Source of the DNA: Pseudomonadota bacterium
Lineage (GTDB): Bacteria > Pseudomonadota > Gammaproteobacteria > Burkholderiales > Burkholderiaceae_C
Assembly (NCBI GenBank): GCA_041178825.1
Contig: JBEGUP010000001.1
Span: forward strand, 1 to 27,169
Reading direction: 5' to 3'
Length of the DNA: 27,169 bases
Part shown: in pieces, positions 8,164-15,690 of the stretch
Numbering within the stretch: position 1 is the stretch's first letter
How the letters are laid out: each line of letters starts with the position of its first letter
Notes under the pieces: generated by a model
Told to the model about the DNA's origin: nothing
Seen by the model: the letters and a program-made list of their open reading frames with translations, nothing else
The model's database searches: none
Made by a program: the position numbers and the translations under genes

Positions 8164-9471
8164 TTAGGCCAAAGTATCAGCCCAAATGTTTTGCGCCCAG
8201 CTCTCGGCGTAAGCACCTTCCAACATAGTCACTTCTGGCTTCAAATCTATTGAAGACACGCCGCCAGAGCCGGCAACTGTCTTAAACGTCTTCTCAGCTG
8301 CTACATACTCGTGCACGCTGGCGACGTGGATGCAGTTTTTCGCATCGACCATGCTGTAGCAGGTGTTGGTCAACATCGGGTTAGGGTTCACTTCCCAACC
8401 ATTGAGCTGCGCTACGATGGCCGCCGCAGCCACTTTGGCTTGCGCATTTGCCATGTGTCCGCTCTTAGGCATGCCTGGCGCAATTTGGATGGAGTCACCC
8501 AAAACATGCACGTCTTTGGCAGCTGTTGACTCGAATGTGAGGTAGTTCACACCACACCAGCGACCATTGGCCATGTTGTTCAAGCCAGAGTTAACTGCAA
8601 TCAAACCTGCACGCATGTTTGGCAAAGCGTTGATGACGTTTGCTTTCGCATCTTCTTGGATTTCAAACTTGATAGTGCCAGTTTTGGCATCAATAGCCGT
8701 CACCTTGTGGTCACCACGGTACTCGATCATGCCTTTGTACTCATTGGCCCACACTTTTTTGAACAATGGGCCTTTGGATGTAACGTCTGGGTTGCCGTCC
8801 AAAATCAAAATTTTGCTCTTTGGTTTTGCTACTTTAAAGTAAGACGCAATCTGGCTGGCACGTTCGTACGGGCCGGGTGGGCAGCGGTATGGCGCAACTG
8901 GGATGGTAATAGCGTAAGTGCCACCGTCAGGCATGGCTTCGAGCTGTTTACGCAAAGTGGCCGTTTCTGCGCCCGCTTTCCAAGCTTGCACGATTTGACC
9001 ACTCGCATTGGCTGCAGCCAAGCCTTCGATGCTGCTCATCATCAAATCGATACCTGGGGAGACAACCAACTTGTCATACGCGATACTGCCACCGCTTGCT
9101 AATGAGACAGTTTTCTTAGCCGAGTCAATCTTACTGACCATGTCTTTAACCATGGTCACACCGTGCTTTTTAGACAAATGCTCGTAAGAGCTGGTGATAT
9201 CAGCCATCGATTTATGACCGCCTAAGACCATGTTGGACACAGGGCAAGAGATGAACGAAGCGTTTGGCTCAATCAACACCACGTCAATTTTGTACTGTGA
9301 CAGCACGCGGATGTATTTGGCTGCTGTAGCGCCACCGAAGCCACCGCCCACGATGACGACTTTCGCCTTGGATGGCATAGAAGTTGTGGCGCAACCAGCC
9401 AAGCCGAGCAAACTAAGTGCTGCTGCTGATTGCAGGATTTGACGACGTTGAAGATTATTTGTAGTTGTCAT
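8164..9471 (-). CDS. fccB: Flavocytochrome c sulfide dehydrogenase flavoprotein (FccB/SoxF)
   Basis: Tat QRRQ, VIVGGGFGG FAD motif, SCPVSN, YRCPPGPYERAS, KSGHMAN, NTCYS. Start moved to 9471 (MTTTNNLQRR) because the track start at 9516 overlaps fccA. Confidence 0.9.
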   Translation of the reverse strand: MTTTNNLQRRQILQSAAALSLLGLAGCATTSMPSKAKVVIVGGGFGGATAAKYIRVLSQYKIDVVLIEPNASFISCPVSNMVLGGHKSMADITSSYEHLSKKHGVTMVKDMVSKIDSAKKTVSLASGGSIAYDKLVVSPGIDLMMSSIEGLAAANASGQIVQAWKAGAETATLRKQLEAMPDGGTYAITIPVAPYRCPPGPYERASQIASYFKVAKPKSKILILDGNPDVTSKGPLFKKVWANEYKGMIEYRGDHKVTAIDAKTGTIKFEIQEDAKANVINALPNMRAGLIAVNSGLNNMANGRWCGVNYLTFESTAAKDVHVLGDSIQIAPGMPKSGHMANAQAKVAAAAIVAQLNGWEVNPNPMLTNTCYSMVDAKNCIHVASVHEYVAAEKTFKTVAGSGGVSSIDLKPEVTMLEGAYAESWAQNIWADTLA

Positions 9472-9484
9472 GTCAAATCCGTCC

Positions 9485-9820
9485 TTATTTCTTTTGAGCC
9501 GCAAAATAGTTGGCAATCATGGCGACTTGCGCATCGCTGTAGCCCTTGCTGAGCTGGTGCATCACTGTGGCAGGGCGTGTACCGTCTTTGAAGGCTTTCA
9601 TTTGCAAAATAATATTGGCAGCGGGCATACCGGCTAAAGTAACTACTGCAGATCCATTCGTCGCTCTGCCCTGCGTACCATGACAAGTCGCGCAAGTAGC
9701 TGAAACACCCGCTACATACAATTCATCTTTGCTTTGCGCTGAGGCTGTAACCCCTGCAAATGCAGCCAAGTTAGCTACCAAAATCGTAGCCAACTGAATT
9801 TTTATTCGTTTATTCAACAT
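9485..9820 (-). CDS. Monoheme cytochrome c subunit of flavocytochrome c (FccA-like)
   Basis: CATCHG, LAG, KAFKDG..ATVMHQL..GYSD; GGAGG SD; immediately upstream of fccB. Confidence 0.9.
   Translation of the reverse strand: MLNKRIKIQLATILVANLAAFAGVTASAQSKDELYVAGVSATCATCHGTQGRATNGSAVVTLAGMPAANIILQMKAFKDGTRPATVMHQLSKGYSDAQVAMIANYFAAQKK
9729..9791 (-). repeat. Degenerate copy G of the ~63-bp element, inside the FccA signal-peptide coding region
   Basis: Perfect GCTAC-N7-GTAGC (9790-9774), then TGGCTGCATTTGCAGGGGTTACA; 23/40 ungapped identity to copy C in the same codon phase. Confidence 0.5.
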
Positions 9821-9856
9821 GCTGTGCCTCCAATAATGTTTATATGCAATTTAAAA

Positions 9857-9891
9857 TATATAGTTATTCAACAAAACGAATATGACTATAT
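9857..9891. promoter_or_regulatory. Inverted repeat upstream of fccA (TATTC-N8-GAATA core); candidate sulfide-responsive ArsR operator
   Basis: ATATAGTTATTC-AACAAAAC-GAATATGACTATAT; core ATTC (9866-9869) N8 GAAT (9878-9881). Confidence 0.45.
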
Positions 9892-10007
9892 CCTATAGAC
9901 CAGTTTAGTACGAGTGCATTTTGTACGTAAAAACCCTAGAACTGACGTGAATTTACTTACACAAAATTGACAATACAACTTCAACGTGTTGGTTGAAAAT
10001 ATCAATT

Positions 10008-10070
10008 TACTATTATTTTAATAGCTGTTCAGGCAATAAATACGCCGGCTAGAGCCATAAAATGCATAAA
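10008..10070 (+). repeat. ~63-bp element, copy A (intergenic)
   Basis: tacTATTATTTTAATAGCtgttcAGGCAATAAATACGCCGGCTAG; 21/22 identity to 12594-12615 in the core. Confidence 0.9.
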
Positions 10071-10103
10071 AAAATCGGGTGCTTTATACAAGCTACCCGA
10101 TTT
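10068..10103 (-). terminator. Rho-independent terminator of the Bug gene
   Basis: Minus strand AAATCGGGTAGCTT-GTAT-AAAGCACCCGAT followed by T7. Confidence 0.85.
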
Positions 10104-10142
10104 CTGTTTTGCTAACTTAGCAAAATTATTACTGCGCCGCTT

Positions 10143-11111
10143 TTACTGCGCTGTTATACCCGCCGTTTTAATCACTTTGGTCCAGCGGGGAATTTCATTT
10201 GCTACAAACGCTGTGTAGGCTTTTGAGCCCTGAGCTGGAACCACAAAACCTTGGGATTCCAAGCGCTGTCTGATCGCTGGAGAATTCATCACTTGAACCA
10301 TGGCTGCTTCTAATTTTTCAACCACAGCGGGCGGTGTGCCCTTTTGAATTGACAAGCCCGACCAAGACAGAGATTCAAAGCCTGGATAGCCTGACTCAGC
10401 AATAGACGGCACATCTGGATACAAAGGATTGCGCTTAACCGTAGTTACTGCCAGTGGACGAAGTTTGCCCGCTTTAACGTGCTGCAATGCAACGTCTTGG
10501 TTGATGAACATGATTTTGATTGTGCCGCCCAACATATCAGTCATCATTGGGCCGCCTCCGCGATAGGGAATGCCAGTCAAAAATACCCCAGCAGTTTGCT
10601 TAAACAACTCCATCGCCATATGTCCTGATGAAGCATGGGTGAATCCATAGTCTAATTTACCGGGATTCGCCTTTGCATAAACGACCAAGTCTTTCAAAGT
10701 TTTGAACGGCAAACTTGGGTGAACCAGCAGTACATTGGGGCCAGTATGAACTTGAGTCAGGTGAATAAAATCTGTATTCGAGTTGTACTTCAAATTCGGA
10801 TCTAAGCCATGCGCCACTGCGTTTTGACCTACCCCAGTTTGGATAATCGTGTAACCGTCGGCTGGAGCTTTGCTTGCCCGCTCAGTGCCCACCACGCCAC
10901 CAGCACCACCTACGTTTTCAACCAGCACAGGTTGCTTTAAAATTTTGGCTAACTCATCATTCACCATACGTCCCATCACATCACTGGTGCCGCCGGGTGG
11001 AAATGGCACGATCAACTTGATCGGCTTGCTTGGGTATTCTTGCGCCAAAGCGCTCAGTGCAATCAAGCCAACCGCTGCTGCACTTACCAGTTTTAACCAT
11101 GATTTTTTCAT
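10143..11111 (-). CDS. Bug/TctC-family tripartite tricarboxylate transporter substrate-binding protein
   Basis: YPSKPIKLIVPFPPGGTSD, VENVGGAGG, APADGYT, IPYRGGGP, LRPLAVT, DVPSIAESGYPG. Confidence 0.95.
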   Translation of the reverse strand: MKKSWLKLVSAAAVGLIALSALAQEYPSKPIKLIVPFPPGGTSDVMGRMVNDELAKILKQPVLVENVGGAGGVVGTERASKAPADGYTIIQTGVGQNAVAHGLDPNLKYNSNTDFIHLTQVHTGPNVLLVHPSLPFKTLKDLVVYAKANPGKLDYGFTHASSGHMAMELFKQTAGVFLTGIPYRGGGPMMTDMLGGTIKIMFINQDVALQHVKAGKLRPLAVTTVKRNPLYPDVPSIAESGYPGFESLSWSGLSIQKGTPPAVVEKLEAAMVQVMNSPAIRQRLESQGFVVPAQGSKAYTAFVANEIPRWTKVIKTAGITAQ

Positions 11112-11170
11112 CTTTTCATCTCCTATTTATAAAACTAACTCTTTAACTAATTATTCAACCAAATCTACAA

Positions 11171-12436
11171 CTAAAACCGTGGCTTGACGGTTGACCAATC
11201 GGGTCTGAACTTTTGCATCTGCGTCACATCGTTACGGGTGCGAATGCGGCAGTTCAAAAATGCTTGGTGCAGCTCCGCCAGCTTGGCTTGGTCTAACTCT
11301 ACACCTAAACCCGGCTTGTCCGTCAAATGCACACAACCGCCCACGATAGGCACTTTGCCACCGACCAAAACTTCGTCGCTCTGCCACGGGTAATGGGTGT
11401 CACACGCATAAGTCAAATGATGCACCGAAGCCGCCAAATGCGTCATCGCCATCAAACTGATGCCCAAGTGCGAGTTCGAATGCATGGACAAGCCCATACC
11501 AAACGCCTGACAAGTCCGCGCCAAAGCCTGCGTCGCCCGCAAACCGCCCCAATAGTGATGGTCAGACAGCACAATTTGCACGGAATTCAATTCAACACTG
11601 CGCTTCAAATGGTCCCAAGACGTGACCACCATGTTCGTCGCCTGCAGCAACCCGGTCGCTTTGTAAACTTCGGACATACCGTCTAAGCCCGGCGTTGGGT
11701 CTTCGTAATATTCCAAATCATTTGCCAGCCGCTTGGCGATGCGAATACTGGTTGGAATCGACCAATTGCCGTTTGGGTCAATCCGCAGCTGGTGATTCGG
11801 GAAAGCGACTTTGAGCGCTTTGATCGCATCTGCCTCCTCATCCGGCGGAAAAACACCAGCTTTCAGCTTGATGCTCTCAAAGCCGTATTGGTCAATCATC
11901 TTCTTGGCTTGCGCGACGATTTGCGCGGGGTTCACCGCTTCGCCATATGGGTCGGGTGCATATTCGGGGTCAACACTAGCGTCCCATTTGTAGAACAAAT
12001 AAGCCGAATACGCGACTTTGTTGCGCACTGCGCCGCCCAATAATTCCACCAGCGGGATATTCAAGCTACGGGCTTGCAGGTCCAAAAACGCAACTTCAAA
12101 GCCTGAAAACACGCTGCTCGTCAAGTTGTCACCCATAGAACCAGGCGCGAGCTCCATTTCAACATGCGCGGTTTTGGTTAATTTAGATTCCGCAATCACC
12201 TTGGCCAGCAAACCATTCAAGTCAAAAGCCGATAAACCTACCAAACTGTCTTTCACCCGCGTCAACAAGTCCAATACAGGTGCGTCGCCATAGGTTTTAC
12301 CTAAGCCAACCATGCCGTTTGCACCCACAACCTCGATGATAGAGCGCAGCCCAAACGGCTCATGCACCCCAGCAGCGTTCAATAAAGCAGGGTCTTTGAT
12401 AGCAATGGGCGTGACGCGAACGGCGGAAATCTTCAT
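11171..12436 (-). CDS. Glucarate dehydratase-family enolase-superfamily enzyme (substrate uncertain)
   Basis: KLK motif (SIKLKAG), DPNGNW, YYEDP, ATNM, MHSNSHLG, CDTHYPW. Confidence 0.85.
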   Translation of the reverse strand: MKISAVRVTPIAIKDPALLNAAGVHEPFGLRSIIEVVGANGMVGLGKTYGDAPVLDLLTRVKDSLVGLSAFDLNGLLAKVIAESKLTKTAHVEMELAPGSMGDNLTSSVFSGFEVAFLDLQARSLNIPLVELLGGAVRNKVAYSAYLFYKWDASVDPEYAPDPYGEAVNPAQIVAQAKKMIDQYGFESIKLKAGVFPPDEEADAIKALKVAFPNHQLRIDPNGNWSIPTSIRIAKRLANDLEYYEDPTPGLDGMSEVYKATGLLQATNMVVTSWDHLKRSVELNSVQIVLSDHHYWGGLRATQALARTCQAFGMGLSMHSNSHLGISLMAMTHLAASVHHLTYACDTHYPWQSDEVLVGGKVPIVGGCVHLTDKPGLGVELDQAKLAELHQAFLNCRIRTRNDVTQMQKFRPDWSTVKPRF

Positions 12437-12486
12437 GAGAGCAAATTCAATCTTTTTAGAAAATCTAGAAAATACCGCTGATTATA

Positions 12487-12506
12487 GTCATCGGTTGTCT
12501 GATGAC
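12487..12506. promoter_or_regulatory. Inverted repeat upstream of the dehydratase; candidate operator
   Basis: GTCATCGG-TTGT-CTGATGAC (7/8 paired), 50-70 nt upstream of the ATG. Confidence 0.35.
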
Positions 12507-12570
12507 CCGTATTTTGCTGATTTACAGAAAAATTGTCAAGCTAAAACGCCGTGTGTAGAGTGAGTTTTTT

Positions 12571-12633
12571 TGCTATATTTTTAACAGCAATTTAGGCAAT
12601 AAATACGCTGGCTAGGTGCATATTTATCATCTA
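12571..12633 (+). repeat. ~63-bp element, copy B (intergenic)
   Basis: tgcTATATTTTTAACAGCaatttAGGCAATAAATACGCTGGCTAG; 33/40 ungapped identity to copy A. Confidence 0.9.
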
Positions 12634-12653
12634 AATTTAGTGACTTTAAAACC

Positions 12654-13997
12654 TTAATTGATTTTAAACTTCAAAGCCAGCGCTTTAGAAGCCACGCACT
12701 TGCCCTGCACTTGCCCGCCCTCTACGCCAAAGCGGAAGTGGATGCCTGCGTACAAACGCGACAGCGCTGCCTCATTGGCAGCCGCGCTGAAGTTAGTGAA
12801 GGTACGCGGACCCCAGCCACGGTCGTTGTGGGTGTTGTCAGTGAATGCCGTGTTTGCACCAAAGATTTGATTTAATACACCTGCTGCTGCACTAGATTGA
12901 ATAGAGTGGCCAGAAGGATATTCTGGGAACGGTGGCGTTGGCATCAACGGAGGTACCCAATTGCTGTCAAATGAACCCTGGACATAGCTCACGGGGCGCA
13001 ACACGTTGAGCGCATATTTGGTGGCCCAACCTGCAATAAAAGCATCTGCCATCGCAATATTCAAGCGAGCCAGTGTTTGACCGGCATCAGCCAAGCTGGC
13101 TTTGCGGGTTTTCAGCAAATCGTTGGCTATAAACAGCCAGTGGCCAGCTGGCGTGGGTGTTTTACCTGGATCATCCGCCCAATACAAGGCAAATTGGCGT
13201 TGCTCTTGGGTGGCTGCCTTGCTGATGGTGTAAACCTCTTGCGCACTTTTGTAAAAAACAGAGCTGGCGTCCTCCGAATACTCAGGCGGCGGCGGCGCTG
13301 GGCAGTCTTTTACCGATTTCAAAGCAAAGGGGCGATTTTCACCCCAATACGGCAACAGCGGTTTGGCAAACGCCGGCGGTGTGGCCGTCCAAAGCCCTGC
13401 CCCACTGGGCGGCACGTAGTTGGCACGGCTGCGACGCAGCGGTCCCCAAGCTTCATGGCCGCCGTCGGTACGTGCCCAGGTCATGATCGCCATGGCCATG
13501 AGCTTGCCGAAGGAAGTAGAACGGTTGATGATTTCGGGGGTGTAGGTGTTGGGGTCAAAGTCTTGACCATATTTCAACGGCAACAAGCGCTCAAGCTGGT
13601 CAATACGGCCTTTGTTTTCCGCCGTAGCGTTGCTGAACATCATGCGCGTCATGGTCGCCATTGAGGCATTTGCCACCGTCGGCCAGTGCAAAGACTCATC
13701 GGGTTGCGCCGCAGGTAAGGAGTTGAGCTCATTCAACTGCCCAGCCATGCTGGTATAGCCAGGCATACCTGGCACGATGGACTCATACAACGCCAACCCC
13801 AAATACCCAAAAGCACGCGATGCTACAGGCGGGCTAAAACCAGGGGTTTGCTGGGTTAGCGACAGCGCTAGGGACATCCACTCGGTCGCGACAGCGTTGC
13901 TATAGGTGTCTGCTGGGCGAGTTAAATTTTGCGATTGCGCTATTGAAAATGAAGCAAATAACGTAATTAAAACGCCGGATAAAAAACGTTTTATCAT
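12654..13997 (-). CDS. Vanadium-dependent haloperoxidase / PAP2-superfamily enzyme with Sec signal peptide
   Basis: K-x6-RP (KYALNVLRP), PPFPEYPSGHS, SRLYAGIH, FSPPVASR, FWAD-like YWADD. Start set at 13997 (MIKRFLSG), 1 nt after the upstream stop; the track start at 14129 overlaps the upstream gene. Confidence 0.88.
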   Translation of the reverse strand: MIKRFLSGVLITLFASFSIAQSQNLTRPADTYSNAVATEWMSLALSLTQQTPGFSPPVASRAFGYLGLALYESIVPGMPGYTSMAGQLNELNSLPAAQPDESLHWPTVANASMATMTRMMFSNATAENKGRIDQLERLLPLKYGQDFDPNTYTPEIINRSTSFGKLMAMAIMTWARTDGGHEAWGPLRRSRANYVPPSGAGLWTATPPAFAKPLLPYWGENRPFALKSVKDCPAPPPPEYSEDASSVFYKSAQEVYTISKAATQEQRQFALYWADDPGKTPTPAGHWLFIANDLLKTRKASLADAGQTLARLNIAMADAFIAGWATKYALNVLRPVSYVQGSFDSNWVPPLMPTPPFPEYPSGHSIQSSAAAGVLNQIFGANTAFTDNTHNDRGWGPRTFTNFSAAANEAALSRLYAGIHFRFGVEGGQVQGKCVASKALALKFKIN

Positions 13998-14000
13998 ATT
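13938..14000 (+). repeat. Degenerate copy F of the ~63-bp element, coinciding with the haloperoxidase start and signal peptide
   Basis: 36/63 ungapped identity to copy B; ATG at the same offset as in copies A, B and D; peptide LSGVLIT versus LAGVFIA in copy A. Confidence 0.5.
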
Positions 14001-15690
14001 ATTGAGCTTTCCAAGGTGAAACACCAGACGTTTTATCAATGGTGAAAAATGCATCAGCTGCGACCGTTTGCCACGGGCCAGCTTCAGAAAACGGCCATTG
14101 CACGCGGACTTTGACCGTGGTTGCAGCACCTAAGCCGAAATGCATCCAACCTGCATGCCCGCTGGCGTGACCGCCACCGACGGTGAGTTCTTGGCGGATG
14201 ATGCTTTGCTTGCCCAAGTGCTTCATGGCATCGCCCAAGTCAACCTCAACCCACGCGCCGACAGCGTCTTTGTTGCTGCCGTTTTGCTTCAGTTTGAGTT
14301 GCAGCCAATGCCCTGCGGTACCCATTTGCATTGGCTTGTCCACCGTGCCAGCACCCAGATTGCGCCACAGCTGCGCTTTGTCCCAGCGGTTCACCACGAC
14401 CATGTCGAGCAAGCCATCACCGTTCAAATCTGCCAACATGCCACCACGGCCACGCCTAACGCTGGCAATATTTGAGAGCTGACCTGACTCAAAAAATCGA
14501 CCATCAACTTGCTGCAGCAAAAGATTATTCGGGTCTAAAGCGGCAAAGTCTGGCATCGTGGAGATATTGCCTTTGACGATAAAGATATCTGCCAAGCCGT
14601 CATGGTTCACATCTGCGAATTGGGAATGCCAAGCGGTAGAAGGATGAATATCACCCCCAACATAGGGACGATGTGCGGTGACGCCGCGTTTGTAAGCCAT
14701 ATCAACATACTCAGGCTTATCGGCCTTGCCAGTGGCACTGAGTTGCAGCTTTTGTAGTTTGTTGTCCGCCATGCTGGTCAAATACAGCTCTGGGTAGCCG
14801 TCGCCATCGATGTCTTGGCTAGCAATGCCCATACCCCAAATTTGCATAGGCTTCCAGCCCTGCGCTTCTGTGTACAAACTAGGTTGCTGGCCAGTGGCAA
14901 TTTTCCAAAGCTGCTCTTGCCCACCTTTGTAAAATTCGCGGTCATTGCTGACGCGTAAATCTGGCGTGCCTTTACGCCCCCAATCTGAAAACAACATCGA
15001 CAAAGCGCAATACGACGGCTCTAGTTTGATCGGTGCAGCAAAGCCGCTGCCGGCGCTGTTCGGGCGCAACAAAACGCCCGGTGTGCAGCTACCCCAAGGA
15101 AATTCTGGTTTGGTGCGGTCAATATAAGTGCCTATCGCAAACGTCGGCCATTTTTGACCCCGCTCCCAAGTCGCAGAAAACGCCGTGTGCCATTCGTTAC
15201 CTGTTTTGACGCCCCATTTGCTGGTGGCACGCTCAAATTTGCAAGCGCCTAAACCACGGAAGACTTCAACCTCACCCACACGCAGCACCACCAAATCGGT
15301 GTTGCCATCGCTGTCAACATCCAAAGGGTACGCGCCTATGGCGTTGGTCAATTCCAAACCAGTGCGATCTTCTTGCAGCTTGATCGCACCGCCACGGGTA
15401 CTTTTGTTGCGGTAAAACTTGGCTTTGTTCACGCCAGCAGTGACATAGATTTCGGGTAAACCATCAGCATCACAGTCAAACGTGGCAACACCGCCACCCA
15501 CCATGAATTCGTCATCCCCTTCAAAGCGGCTTTGCAAGCCCGCGCTGTCGGTTTCTTCAACAAACTTGGGAATATTTGGCGTAGCAGGAACTGGCAGAAT
15601 AGCTAGTACGGCATTCTGTGCTGAAACTGGTGTCATAGCCGTCTGCAGGGCTAGGGAACTTAGCAGAATAGTTTTTAATAAATTAGACAT
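13999..15690 (-). CDS. CRTAC1-family protein (FG-GAP/DxDxDG repeats + C-terminal ASPIC/UnbV domain), exported
   Basis: Six Ca-binding-type repeats (DCDADG, DVDSDG, DWGRKG, DIDGDG, DVNHDG, DLNGDG); C-terminal HWLQLKL..NKDAVGA..GGGHASG..MHFGLG..VQWP; signal peptide ending VSA-Q. Confidence 0.9.
   Translation of the reverse strand: MSNLLKTILLSSLALQTAMTPVSAQNAVLAILPVPATPNIPKFVEETDSAGLQSRFEGDDEFMVGGGVATFDCDADGLPEIYVTAGVNKAKFYRNKSTRGGAIKLQEDRTGLELTNAIGAYPLDVDSDGNTDLVVLRVGEVEVFRGLGACKFERATSKWGVKTGNEWHTAFSATWERGQKWPTFAIGTYIDRTKPEFPWGSCTPGVLLRPNSAGSGFAAPIKLEPSYCALSMLFSDWGRKGTPDLRVSNDREFYKGGQEQLWKIATGQQPSLYTEAQGWKPMQIWGMGIASQDIDGDGYPELYLTSMADNKLQKLQLSATGKADKPEYVDMAYKRGVTAHRPYVGGDIHPSTAWHSQFADVNHDGLADIFIVKGNISTMPDFAALDPNNLLLQQVDGRFFESGQLSNIASVRRGRGGMLADLNGDGLLDMVVVNRWDKAQLWRNLGAGTVDKPMQMGTAGHWLQLKLKQNGSNKDAVGAWVEVDLGDAMKHLGKQSIIRQELTVGGGHASGHAGWMHFGLGAATTVKVRVQWPFSEAGPWQTVAADAFFTIDKTSGVSPWKAQ

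Noticed and set aside
9472-9516. Longer fccB start, and the 9468-9695 alternative-frame ORF
   Set aside because: Both overlap fccA. The ATG at 9471 gives a normal Tat leader and has an AAGGA SD.
10107-10151. TTTTGCTAACTTAGCAAAA palindrome and duplicated TTACTGCGC after the Bug stop
   Set aside because: Short local features; a 1-nt loop is a poor RNA hairpin and there is no supporting context.
13998-14129. Longer haloperoxidase start from the ORF track
   Set aside because: Overlaps the CRTAC1 gene by 131 nt and buries the signal peptide; the ATG at 13997 fits translational coupling.
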